From contig MCFE01000499.1 of assembly GCA_002104905.1 (NCBI GenBank), positions 2,250 through 66,249 of the forward strand: DNA of 64,000 nucleotides, given 5' to 3'. Position numbers and translations under genes: made by a program. The stretch comes from Basidiobolus meristosporus CBS 931.73 (lineage: Eukaryota; Fungi; Basidiobolomycota). This document shows, piece by piece, positions 37,800 through 50,552 of this stretch (its first letter is position 1; every line of letters begins with the position of its first letter). The notes under the pieces are model-generated. The model saw only the letters and a program-made list of their open reading frames with translations, searched no databases and was not told where the DNA came from.

Positions 37800-40700
37800 T
37801 TGCAACTGGACCCACCCATGAAAATCCAGCATATCCAAGAATCTTCCTTTGCCACAAAATCTATCCAGTCCTTGAGAATGCCTGTCAAAATCCAGATCCC
37901 TGACTCCATTACTGTCCCAGTCCTAGCCCTGATTGATTCTGGTGCTTCATCCTGTTTCATTGACCAAGCCTTTGTCCACAAGCACTCTATTCCTGTTACC
38001 TTAAAATCCTGTCCAGTCCAAGTAGAAGTTATTGATGGAAGATCACTCTCCTCTGGTGCCATTACCCATGAAACATGCTTACTTCAGCTGTCCAGTACTG
38101 CTCACCAAGAAAGTATTGCCTTCAACATCATCAACTCACCACACTATCCTATTGTGCTTGGAAGCTCATGGCTGAGCTACCACAATCCAAGTATTGATTG
38201 GAAATCCAAGATCCTGTCATTCACCAGATCCCACCAAGTCAACTCCATGAAATCTCCAGACCCTGAAAACTGTGAAAAGACTGTTGCCAACAGTTCAACA
38301 GCCCAAGATACCTTGCAAGCTGAAGGAGCCCCCTCAGCAAACATACCAGCCAAGTACCAAGAGTTTGCCCATGTCTTTGACAAGAAGAAAGCAGAACTCC
38401 TCCCTGACCATTGGCCTTATGACTGCCCTATTGACCTTGATGATGGAAAAGTCCCTCCATTTGGCCCAAAATATAACCTCTCCTAGCTGGAGATGAAAGA
38501 ACTCCATGGTTATATTGAAGAAAACCTCCAGAAGGGTTTTATTCAGCACTCCAAATCACCTGCTGGAGCCCGAATCCTCTTTGTCAAGAAGAAGGATGGC
38601 ACACTCAGAATGTGTGTGGACTACCATGCATTGAATAAGATCACAGTCAAGAACCGCTACCCCCTGCCCCTGATCAACACACTGTTGGATCAGCTATCTG
38701 CTGCCCAAGTCTTCACCAAGATTGACTTGAGAGGAGCTTACAAACTTGTCAGAATCAAGCCCAGTTATGAATGGAAAACTGCCTTTTGCACAAGATATGG
38801 TCACTTTGAGTGCAAAGTAATGCTATTTGGCCTCACCAATGCCCCTGCTGTGTTTCAACACCTCATGAATGACATATTCCGTGAATACCTTGACCAGTTT
38901 GTGGTAATGTACCTTGATAATATTCTCATATACTCCAAGAGCCAAGATGAACATGATGAACATGTCAAGAAAGTATTGAGAAAACTAGACTCTGCTGGTC
39001 TCTATGCCAAGCTAGAGAAGTGTGAATTTGACCAGAGAGAAGTGGAATTTCTTGGTTACCTCATCAGCCCTGAGGGAACAAGAATGGACCCAAAGAAAGT
39101 TGACTCAGTTCAATCCTGGAAAACTCCAAGCTCAGTTAAGGAAGTACAATCCTTCCTGGGATTTGCCAACTTCTATTGCAGGTTCATAGCCAACTACTCC
39201 AAGATAGTCACCCCTCTGACAAAGCTTACCCAGAAGAACACATCTTTTGCCTGGAATGAGGAGCAATCCAGCTCATTCAACCAACTCAAGAAATCTTTCC
39301 TGAAGGCCCCCCTGCTTGCCCACCCTGACCTTGAGAAGCAATTCATAGTGGAGACTGATGCGTCTGATTTTGCCCTTGGTGCCATACTCTCCCAGTATGA
39401 TGAGGACAATGTGTTGCACCCCATTGCATTCTACTCTTGGAAGTTTTCCCCTGCAGAGATCAACTATGATATCTATGATAAGGAGTTGCTTGCCATCATT
39501 GTAGCCTTTGAGCAACAGAGACACTACCTGGATGGTGCAAAACACAAAATCAAAGTCTTCTGTGACCATAAGAACCTTGAGTACTTTGCAACTTCCAAAG
39601 TACTAAACGGAAGACATGCCAGATGGTCACTCTTCCTGTCCAGCTTTGACTTTACTATCACCTATAGACCTGGTGCAAAGCAAGGAGAGCCTGATGCCCT
39701 GTCCAGAAAAAAGGAATATGCCCTGGAAGAGGGAGATGATGCCTGTTGGCAAATGGAACACCCACTGCTGAGCAAGAATCATTTTGAGATTCTTGCCACC
39801 CAGTCCTCAAGTCTTGTCATCCCTTCATTCCTAGTAAGGATATCAGAATCCCAAGCCTCTGATATGACTTCCAGCACCATCAAGAAATATCTTGAATCCC
39901 CAGTTGGGCCCCCTCCCAAGTTCCCAAACATCCAGAACCTGCATTTGGTAAACAACCTCATCTACCACAAGCAGCAGCTTTATGTCCCAGACCTTGCCAT
40001 CCAGCTAGACATCATTAAGTCTTGGCGTGATTCAATGGCTGCAGGCCACTTTGGTACTGCCAAAACCTTGAATGCTATCAAAAGAGATTTCTGGTGGCCT
40101 AGAATGATAACTCTTATCAAAGAGTACATTCTGACTTGTGATATTTGCAACCGTGCAAAACCAGCCAGACACCAGCCCTATGGACTTCTTCAGCCCTTGC
40201 CTATCCCAGAACACCAATGGAGATCTATATCTATGAACTTCATTACTGACCTCCCTGAGTCATGTGGCTTCAATGCTTTACTTGTAGTGGCTGACTGGCT
40301 GACCAAGATGGCTCACTTTATCCCTTGCTGTAAGAACACTGATGCAAAAGAAACCGCTGCATTAGTCCTGAAGAATATTTTCCATCTTCATGGTATCCCC
40401 AGTAATATTGTTTCAGATAGAGGCCCACAGTTTGCATCCAAGTTTTGGAAACACTTCATGCAATACCTTGGTGTTCAAGTCAAGCTCTCTACCGCCTTCC
40501 ATCCACAGTCTGATGGCCAGACTGAAAGAATCAACCAGATTCTAGAGCAATACTTCCGGTGCTATATCAATTACCAGCAAGACAATTGGGTTGATCTACT
40601 CCCTGTTGCTGAGTTTGCCTACAACAACTCAAGCCATAGTGCAACTGGTTTTACACCATTCTATGCAAACTATGGATTCCACCCTCAGTTTGATATCCAG

Positions 40701-41315
40701 ATTCCAACAAACCCAATGAGCCCACACGCAGCTGAACATGCCCAAGCAATCCAGGACATCCAGAATACCCTCAAGGAAGAACTATCCTTAGCTCAGGAAA
40801 GCTACAAGAAATTTGCCAATCTAAAATGGCATCCCAGCCCTGATCTTAATGAAGGAGATTCTGTATGGCTGCTCAGAAGAAATATCAGCACCAACCGCCC
40901 TTGTGACAAATTGGATTTCAAGAGACTTGGTCCTTTCAAGATCAGGAAGAAGCTTAGCCCTATAGTATATCAGCTACAGTTACCAGCAAGTATGGAAATC
41001 CATGATACTTTCCATGTGTCCCTCCTGGAGCCGTATTGTAGGAACACCTTGCCAAACCGGCAAGAAGCAAAGCCCCAAGCTATCCAGGCTAACCAACATC
41101 AAGAATTTGAAGTTAAACAGGTTCTAGACTCCAAGTTTATCCGGTCAAAGCTGTACTACTTAGTAGAATGGATTGGTTATGGACCAAGTGACCAAACATG
41201 GGAACCAGCTACCCATCTCACTAATTGTCAAGAACTAGTTACCCAGTTCCACCAACAATATCCTGGAAAACCTGCCCCAAAGGGAAACAGAGCTTTGCCT
41301 GGAAGAGGAGAATAG
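37800..41315 (+). pseudogene. Chromovirus pol (PR-RT-RH-IN-CHD) with TAG at 38484-38486 and RT motif YLDN
   Basis: ALIDSGA (protease); KIDLRGAY, FGLTNAPA, YLDN (RT); VETDASD (RNase H); GHFG...C..C, SDRGPQF, DGQTER (integrase); EFEVKQVLDS...YLVEWIGYG...TWEP (chromodomain). Confidence 0.92.
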
Positions 41316-43329
41316 TGTCATGATCACATGACAACCATGAACACCCATGCCAAGTTTCAGCTTCCTAGCTCAATTTCTAAGAGATTCCTTCTGGAACCTT
41401 CTACCACCTTCCAGAAAGTTCCTGACCATTCCAAACCATTGTTACACAATGGAACATTCCATGGAAGCTTTCCATCATATTTTTCATAGTCCAGTACCAT
41501 TTATGGAAATACCAGGTCACATGACTTAGTCACATGATCAGGTGACCCAATCCATTTCCCCATCCTGTCTCAGTGCCGTGTCATCTATGTCATTATCCCC
41601 AGCACCATTGCTGTGCCTCACCCCACAACCCCATTAGTATTAGCTAATATCTCTTGGCATCAGTATAGCCAAAAAGTATATATAGTCCTATCCCCCCTTA
41701 AGTATTCCTCAGTCTGATAAACACAGGTCTTGAATAAACAGCCTTGCCTTGGAAATCCGCCTTGCCTTGTTGATCCACACCTAAGTCCTTTCCTGGTCCT
41801 GCCTTGCCTAGCTCTACTCTCCTGCCTTGTGTCTATTCATAACAATTAGGACCCCGTGCAAAAACTGTTGGACAAAAATAGCACACTCAATCTGTAAATA
41901 GACTTTGCAAAATTCTTACTCTGACCATTTCCAAGTTACTTCTCATTAAACTCTTCCTTTCTACTCTTTCCATGACCAGACACTCAATTTTCTCCTACAA
42001 TTGTTTACATTGACAAGCTATTGCCTCTTTTTGGTGGCAAATATTGTAGATGCAGTTACAATGTGGTATATTGATATATATATTGATATGGCCCCAATTG
42101 ACTATTAGACAAGCTTTTGGAAAGGACATTAGACTTGTTCCATTAGATAGTGCCATATGGTGCCAGCCAGTTTGAAGTGCAAGATTGATCTGGCATCCTA
42201 AGGCACTATCTTGCACTTTAACTTCTACAATCATACAAGTGGTAGGATGCAATTACTTGTAGTTTTACTCAAACATAGCCAAATTGCTCACAGCAGTGCT
42301 TTTTTTGCTTTATTTACTCTGCATAATGCTCTAGACACATTTCCCTTGGCATTTGTCTTCTTGCACAAGTACACTGCGCATTAATTGTTATCCTGACTAT
42401 TTTACTAATTTTGATGTTTTCTCCTGTATATGAATTTCCTCTGTATTTTCCTGTTTATGTGCTGAATCACTTTAGATATCCAAATGTATACTCTACTCTC
42501 ACTCTGATGTGGTCAAGTATCTCATTGTATAGCATCTGCTTGCTGCTAAGCACACTATTCCTTGGCTTCCTATAAGCTGTGATACATCCTAATCTCTGAC
42601 AATCTTCTCCTATATAAGCTAAGCATGGCAAATATTTCCCCCCTCTAGTGAATTCTAGAAATTTCTCTACCCAGAGTGCTTTGTCATGCCCACTTCAATC
42701 AAATGGCCTACTAAATCAGATGATGTTACTCTCAATGTAAGACGGTGCTTGAGGCTTCAAGCAATATCTCTATGAAAAATAATTTTGTCCCATGGGTCAC
42801 TCTAATCCAGATCAGCCATCAGAATCCCTCAATGAGTCCATGATAATGCCAGCAGCTAAGAATTGTTGACCCTCTACACAACTTGATGATGGGATAACAA
42901 TAAAGACAGTGTTTGAGCAGTCTTTTGACAAGAGTTGATTGGCATACTAACAGTCTTGATATGCTCTACTTATACTGTTGAAAAATAATTGCACCCCAAA
43001 TTTCACAAAAAATTTGGTCAATATTGTTAATCACAGCAATGTATAAGTGGCTTTTGATTGGTTCCCTGCCAATTTGCTTACTTTCAGATCCCAGACACTC
43101 TATTGCTTCCTATATTTGTGTGCATTGGTTGGCTATTGCCTCTTTTTCATACTTGTTACTTCCTGACTCAACCGTTTCTCTCACTTTTCATGCATCCAAG
43201 TTGATTTATTTCTGTTAAAACTTCAGCTGTACCTCAATGGCCAATTGTATTGATCTATACAAGTCCCTATACCCTACACTAAGATTAAGCCCAACCCTGC
43301 ACTCATCAAGTAACTCTATTAAAATCTAC

Positions 43330-44700
43330 CACTCAATAAGTATTTCTGCTGTAATGCTTGGGTTCCACAACTTTGGTGGGAGCCCAACAGCTTCATGCCA
43401 CTGTTGATTTGCTTGTTCCCACACATCCTGGTCTTCAGCCAGCACTGCAAGGTCTAGCACCTCATCTGCCAGCCTTTGCAATAAATCTTTGCAATATTCC
43501 AGTGTGTTTTCTTGAGCACTGCTCTCAAAGAAGTGCTGCAACCTCTTGGTGTGCCTATTAATGTTCCAAATTCCACTGAAGGCACTGTGATAGTCTTTGG
43601 AGATCTTTACATTGTAGCCTCGTCTGTCAGTGGGATCTTCACTCTGTCAACAATGGAGGATGTGGAGGCTGTGGTAAACAAATTGCCTTTCTCAGCAAAC
43701 TCATCTACCTTGCTGGAGTGTAGCTCAACTGGCTGCACTTCCAACTCTCATGAAAACAGCTGTTTTCTTGTTGGTAATTTATCTTGGCTACAATAGGATT
43801 CAGTTTGTTCCAGGCTTATGATGGAATTCAGTCTGTTCCAGGCTTGCGGCGTCAATTGGCAGGAACTGCAGTTTTCTTGCATGCCTCCCTGCCTCAGGCT
43901 TGGGTAGAGATTTTTCCCTTTACCTTTCCTTTATCACTGCCAGGTCTTTCTCTGCTACTTTGTCTGAGTGCTTCTTGTAAAGGACTATGTTTTCTCCTGG
44001 ATAAACTCTGATCTAACACATATATTTAGCTTGCTTGCCCCTTGCTGGTACTCTTCAGGCAACCTGACATTTCTTTTCCACTTGTTTTGAGCTCTCAGCC
44101 ATAGTTGTGATGGGCTCCTATAAAAGCTGCTGGTTTTTATCACAGCCAGATCCTTCACTGCTACTTTGACTGGGTGCACCTTGAGTGGTACTATGCTTTT
44201 TCCTTGATAATTGTTGTGCTGGTGCATCTGTGTCTGCCTGCTTGTCCCTAATTGGCGCTCTTCCAGCCACCTGAGATCTCTTTGATGCTTGTCTGGAGCT
44301 TTTGGCCCTGCTTGTAATGGGCTCTTGAGGAAGCCGCTGGCTTTTAGCCATGATACCCTTGTTCTTCTGCCTTTGATAGTTTCTGCTATTCTTGGGATAC
44401 TCTCTCAGTATACCAGTGCTTGCGCAAACTCCATATGCCTGTTTGAATCCTGGATATTGCTCATGGAACAAGTCAAGTGCATTCTGCTTGGCCTTGAGTG
44501 CCTGATGGTCCCATGGTATGCCAACCTTAAGGTGATGGCATGCTAGACTTCTGACAGCCTCTTGAATATCAGCCCACTCTTCATTGTTGCACTCAACTGC
44601 TTTGCAGATCTTCAGTGTCTTTTGATTTTTGGGCTTTGGTAAAAACACCACATTGTCTTCCTCCCATGCTGTGATAGGTTATACTGTGGGCTTTATCTTT
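43330..44700 (-). repeat. Unclassified CpG-depleted repeat X with degenerate ORF
   Basis: ORF remnant EWADIQEAVRSLACHHLKVGIPW...EYPKNSRNYQR with an internal ~200-bp duplication. A second diverged copy lies at 48160-49103. Flanking tracts 33600-34168, 35473-35925 and 41845-43330 are similarly decayed. Confidence 0.6.
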
Positions 44701-44857
44701 GGGCACTGTGGTTGTGTTTCAAAGACTGTATAGTGTTCCTCTGCTGTTACTTTGGGAAATAGCTCAATTCTTGGTTGTGACATTGAGCTACTTGAGTTCC
44801 TACTTTGCAGCAAAGATACTGCTTTCCCTATCCAGGATATTGATTGCTCTACACATA

Positions 44858-47800
44858 GTACTAAAACTGATCTAACTTAAACATTAAAGTGATAGATCAT
44901 AATATTCTCCCCTACTATAGTTGAGAGGGTTCTCCTGAATCTCTTTTCTTGTGATACCAATATCTTGATAGTCCAGTATTGTTGGCAAGTCTTACAAGTT
45001 TGAGTCAGTCTCTATGAACTAAATCTTCCTAGATACTCCCTGTTTGTCCACTATTTGATAAGTTGCAAATGGACATTCTTGGATGATCTTAAAAGGCCCT
45101 GTCCATTGTGGCTCAAACTTCTTCCAAGTGCGGTTTGTCATCACTACAAAGTTCCCAACTTTCAATGTTTCTGGTGATATAGTGTTGTCAAATCTCTGTT
45201 TCATCTTTTCTGAACTTTGAGATATTCTGTCCTGTGCCTCTTGGCGTCTTTGTTCCAGCTGCTGGTGTCTACTTGGCTGACTGTGTTGATCTTCCAAGGT
45301 GTCTGTAAGCTTTGGTTGGGTGAGATCTCCTGGAATCCTTGGTTCCAATAACCCATTAGACCTCTCAGTGACTCCATTGATTCTAGGGTGCTATGCCAAG
45401 GTTTTCAAGTGTTTGATCTGCTGTATTTCCAGGCTTCCAATGTCTTTGCCACAATGTTTGCTCCTCTATTGGATAAAATCTCTTCTGGGCATCCAAACTT
45501 CATAAAGATCTCATAGTCAATGAAACTTGCAACTTCCTGTTCACTGGCTACAGGAACTGCTTTAGCCATGGGCAATTTGATGGCATGCTCAATTGCTACT
45601 GGGGTCCAACAGTTGCATTTCCTGGTGGCTGGTAGTCTTCCAATAAAGTCAAATCCCCATATTTCAAATGGTCTTACAAGCTTCAACGGAAGGAGTTTGG
45701 TAATTCCCTGTGCTTGGCCTTGGTTGATATGGCAATTTGGACATGTTTTCACAAGCTTCTTAGTGTCTTGTTTCATTCAGGGCCACCATGCTCTGGATTT
45801 TACTAGGCTATAGGTTCCCTCAACACCAAGATATCCATATTCATTGTGTAACTTATGTATTAAGTCCAGGCAAGCAACATATGGGCAATAGGCAATAGGG
45901 CTTCCATCAACAATTTGGTAAAGTGTTTCATCCTGTACTAAAGATTTGCTGGCTTCATCTGTGGTAATAGAAAGTATTCAATTACTACAATATCTCTAAA
46001 CCAATATTGCACTCATTTCTTTATTTTGCTTTTTGCTATTGTAACACACAAGTGAAAGATCAAGAATTTCCAACTTTGAAGAACAAATGCTCCAGACCCT
46101 GACAAGCAATCCACCTAAGAATATTATGTCATACAGAACACGTAGTAGCCAACACATGTTTCAAATTACAGCTCATTTGAGGCAGTACTTAAGGAGTTAT
46201 GACCAAAAGAGTCCAATTATTATACATACTATGCCTTATTGCTAGGATTACTAGGGTGACTTTGATTGCGTGTAACTTTTGAACCAGCCAATCAAATCAC
46301 ATGAAATTTTCACAGGTGCTGCGCCTATGTCCGATCTGTGCCACTGCAAAATTTTAGCTTTGTATCATGTATAGTACTTGTGCAATTGCCCAAAAACTTT
46401 GATCCTTCAAAATTTTCATATATATGACTTCCCCAGCTGAAAAATAAAGAGAGAGCCTCTCTTTCCAGAATCTCCACACTACGATTACAAGTTTAAAGGT
46501 TATAAGACTTCCCCTGCATCACTTGCACTGTTGAGTATTCTGACTTTGATTGGTACTACATCAGTAAAGAGACTGCAAAGCTCACAAGAATCCAATCTAA
46601 GTTCTACAAGAAACTACCACTTTTCTGTTGGAAAAGTCCCCTCTAAGAAACCCCTTTACTCTGAAGACACCCCTTTAGACACCCCTTTAGTCTAAAGACC
46701 CCTTTAGAGACCCCTTTAAGAAACCCCTTTACTCTAAAGAAGCCCCTTTAGGCACCCCTTTAGTGTAAAGTCCACTTTAGAGACCACTAAAAGAAGCCCC
46801 TTTACTCTAAAGACACCCCTTGAGACACCACTTTAGGTCTAAAGACCCCTTTAAAGACTTCTACAACACACCCCTTTAGGTTAAAGGGGAGTTCAGAATT
46901 TCCATATTAAGAAATATCTTCTCAGCAAGGAAAGTGACTTCCAAATAAGGAAAAGTTACTATAAAAGTAAATAAGCCCATTAGTCAACAGAAGGTCAGAA
47001 CACTGCTGTAGAAGTGATTAACACTGCCTACAGTATATTTTGAGCCTAAGATTGAGGAAATTAGTGAAAGTTATATCTTCTATCTGTATATCAAACTCCC
47101 AATAAACTATTTCAGTATTAGCATACTGGAAGTTGTTGTATATTGTTAATTAGCCTCTACATTGTAGAACAAGCCCCAAACTAATCATAATACAACACAA
47201 CACATCCTGGATTACCTTCTTGATCTCTTCATCCACCTCATCAGGAATGTCTTGGTCCTCCAAGTACTTTGGTAATAAGCTAGGTCAATCTGATTCATGC
47301 AACAAGTTGAGCTGTGCAACTTGTTCTAATCTTGATAAGGCATCAGCAACCATGTTGTCTTTCCCAGGGCAGGATACAGTCTCTTGGTCAAATTGCTGAT
47401 TGTACTCACTCCATCTTGTCATTCTTTTGGAGAGTACCTTCTGAGTAAATATATCCTTGAGTGAGAAATGATCAGTCTTCACAGTGCAATTGACTCCTTC
47501 AATGTAGCATCTCCAGGTCTTCAAGCAGTGTATTGTGGCAAGCATATCCTTCTCATGTACTGGATAGTTTTGAATGGCTGAGCTCAGTTTCTTGAACTCA
47601 AATACAACTGGGTAGTCCTTTTGCTCATGTTCTTAGCTCATTACTCCACCAATTGCATAGTCTGAAGAATCTGCTCACAGAGTAAACTCTTTTCTGAAAC
47701 CAGGGATAGTTAAGCTTGGCAGCTTAGCAAGTTCATTCTCCAGCAACTGAAAGGCAGTCTCACAGGCTCTGTCTCATGTCATGGTGTTGTCTTTCTTGAG

Positions 47801-48150
47801 AATATCAGTCAAAGGGGCTGCAATACTTGCAATGGACTTGATAAATCTCTGATAATAGGAAGCCACTCCAAGGAATGATCAAAGTTCTGATATGCTATGG
47901 GGCTGCTTCAGATTCTTGATGACTTCAATCTTCTTGGGATCTAAGGTCACTCCTATGCTGGTCACTATGTGTACCAGGCATTCAACATGTTCCTTCAAGA
48001 ATTCACACTTGGCTAGCTTACCATATAGTTTGTTCTCTCTCAGCTACTTCAAGACCTTTTCAATGTGCACCATGTGATCCTATTCTGTCTTGATGTTTAT
48101 CAATATGTCATCTAGGTAGATTATAACTAACCTGTCCAAGCATTGTAATA
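44858..48150 (-). mobile_element. Degenerate Ty3/Gypsy (family D-like) RT/RH/IN with PPT and 3' LTR fragment
   Basis: YLDDIL, GKLAKCEF, MLATIHCLKTW, WGFDFIG, ILSNRG and FEPQWTGPF motifs. PPT aggggagaa (44913-44905) is followed by sequence similar to the LTR at 50015. Confidence 0.8.
45960..47202 (+). repeat. Solo LTR, family A (1243 bp)
   Basis: TGTGGTAAT...CACAACA with 4-bp TSD CATC. Removing it rejoins the host pol frame. Confidence 0.93.
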
Positions 48151-48159
48151 ACCTTTGAG

Positions 48160-49103
48160 TTCTTGATGATGTTACTTTGTCTGTCAGTGCAATTTCCACA
48201 CTGTCCATAATGGAGACCATGGATGCTGTGGTAGACAAATTGCCTTTCTCTGCAAACTCATCTATCCCACTGGAGTGTAGCTCAACTGGCTGTGCTTGCA
48301 ACTCTTGAGAAAACAACTGCATTCTTCTTGGTAATTCTTCTTGGCTATGATGGGATTCAGTCTGTTCCAGGCTTACAGCTTTAACTGGCAAGAGCTGTAG
48401 CTTTTTCTCTTGCTTCCCTGTCACTGGCTTGGGTAGACTTTTTTCCCTTTTCCTTTTCCTTTATCACTGCCAGGACTTTTACTGCTACTTTGTCTGGGTG
48501 CCTCTTGTTAAGAGCTACATCTTCTCCTGGATAAATTCTGCTCCAACTCATCTGTTTTGGCCTGCTTGTCCCTTGCTGGCACTCTTCTGGCAACCTGACA
48601 TTTCTTTACCTCTTGTCTTGAGCTCTCAATTGTAGTTGTTGCAGGCTCATGTAAAAACCACAGGTATTTATCACTGCCAGGTCCTTCATTGCTACTTTGA
48701 CTGAGTGCCTCTAGAGTGGTACTACCCTTTTTCCTTGATAAATGTTGTGCTGGTGCATCTGTGTCTGCCTGCTTGTCCCTAATTAGCACTCTTCCAGCTA
48801 CCTGATGTCTCTTTGATGCTTGTCTGGAGCTTTGGCCCTGCTTGTAACCAGCTCTTGAGGAAGCTGCTGGTTTTTAGCTATGGCACCCTTGTTCTTCTGC
48901 CGTTGATAGTTACTGCATTCTTGGGATACTTTCTTAGTATACTAATGCTGGTCCAAGATCTGCTTGCCCCTTTGAATCCAGGATAATGCTCATGGAGCAA
49001 GTCAAGTGGATTCTGCTTAGCCTTGAGTTCCTGATGGTCCCATGGTATGCCAGACTTCTAAGAGCCTTGTCTATATTAGCACACTTCTCATTATTACACT
49101 CAA
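48160..49103 (-). repeat. Second copy of repeat X, wedged between two RT segments
   Basis: Collinear with 43630-44590 (shared ctactttgactg..gtgc and tgttgtgctggtgcatctgtgtctgcctgcttgtccctaatt). Confidence 0.75.
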
Positions 49104-50552
49104 GTGTTCCTCTTCTGTCTTTCTATATATCAATATGTCATCTAGGTAGTTTACCATAAGCATGTTTAAGTATTCCTGGAAGGCTGTTTGCATCAAGCTC
49201 ATGAATGTTGCAGGGGCTTTGGTGAGGTCAAAAATGATGACTAAGTACTTGTAATGCTTATATCTGGTCCTGAATGCTGTTGTAGGGATGTCTTCTGGCT
49301 TCACCCTAATCTGGTTCTATCCAGACATTGGGTCAATCTTGGTAAATATGGTAGCACCATTTAGTTGGTCCAAAAGCTTATCAATCCAAGGTATGGGGTA
49401 TTTATTCTTCACAGCTACTGAGTTGAGGGCTCTGTAGTCAATGCACATCCTGAGTGTTCCATCCTTCTCTTTCACAAAAAGTACTGGTGCTCCCCAAGGT
49501 GACTTGCTGAACCTGATATATCCTTACTCCAACAGCCAATCTATTTGTCTCTTCATCTCCTCCAACTCTAATCAACTCATTCTCTAAGATGTGTTACTCA
49601 CTGGAGGGCTATCTCCTTCCTCAATGTCATGATCCATGTCACTGACTGGTGGTAGGCTTTCAAGCTCATCTGGATATACAACTGAATAATTCTTTAGAAG
49701 AGTCTAGTCCTTCTGGGGTACTGAAGTAGAGGAGTCCTCCTGTAATACTGCCATGACGTAAATCTGGGTACCTTTTCTAAGTGCTATACAGGACTGTGTC
49801 TTTGTTGGTTCATTTGTTTCACACACACAGGAATTGACCTACTTGAGATCCAGTCAGGCAGGTAATAGCTCATAGGTCTTGTTATCCTTCAGGATCTGAG
49901 TAGCATGGGCTCTCTAGTTGATTGATAGATTACTGCAAAATAGCCAGGTTTTTCCAAAAACAAGGTCATATTTGCAGTTCCCAAATATATAGGCCCATAG
50001 GTCTTCTTCATAGTTGTTATAATTTAATACATGAACACTTAAGTTAGATCAGTTTTTAGTCAAATTAATTAGTTGTGTATTTAACATTTCAGTATATAAG
50101 TTTTATCTACTAAATCAGTAGCATTAGTCAGCAAATGAATTAGCAGATCCTTATCAATCAGGAATAGATATATTAAGTAGGATCTTTTTGGGTGATGATG
50201 ATGCAATCAAATGAGTTATCAGCCATAACCCACATTAGGAAATACATTTAGTCAGCAATTGATCTGGCAAAATGTATATAAGGAGCTGCATGAACCTCAA
50301 TAAAAATCAGTCCAAGTTTTAGTGAATTCAGTACTAGCTAAACTCCCTATTCCTCTACAACTCTTATACTAAAATTTGTAACAGAGTCATTGATCTTTAT
50401 CCTTACTGGCTGAGTAATAAAGCTGATAATATTAGAGTTCCCATCAGCAGTTGAGAATGAAATTTGGTGGGTTCTGAGTGGATTTCAGCTTTCAAAGTAA
50501 ATTGCTCTGACATGTACTCATGCAATGCTCCTGTGTCAATCATGATCTTGGC
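49104..50552 (-). mobile_element. Ty3/Gypsy family D protease-RT fragment
   Basis: [53 protein letters not shown] and YLDDILIY motifs, with many stops. Confidence 0.85.
50015..50383 (+). repeat. Solo LTR, family D (369 bp), inserted antisense into a family D element
   Basis: TGTTA...TAACA with flanks tagt/gagt (4 bp, one mismatch). Its 3' end matches the LTR remnant preceding the PBS at 50607. Confidence 0.8.

Larger units (their letters stand above)
35926..41844 (+). mobile_element. Full-length Ty3/Gypsy chromovirus (family B), inactivated
   Basis: 529-bp LTRs (35926-36454, 41316-41844) with about 5 differences, TSD ATTAG and PPT ggaagaggagaatag. Domain order is gag-PR-RT-RH-IN-chromodomain. 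Confidence 0.96.

Noticed and set aside
46640-46900. Short regular repeats suggesting a CRISPR array
   Set aside because: Eukaryotic LTR interior, degenerate units without unique spacers, and the same array recurs in each LTR-A copy.
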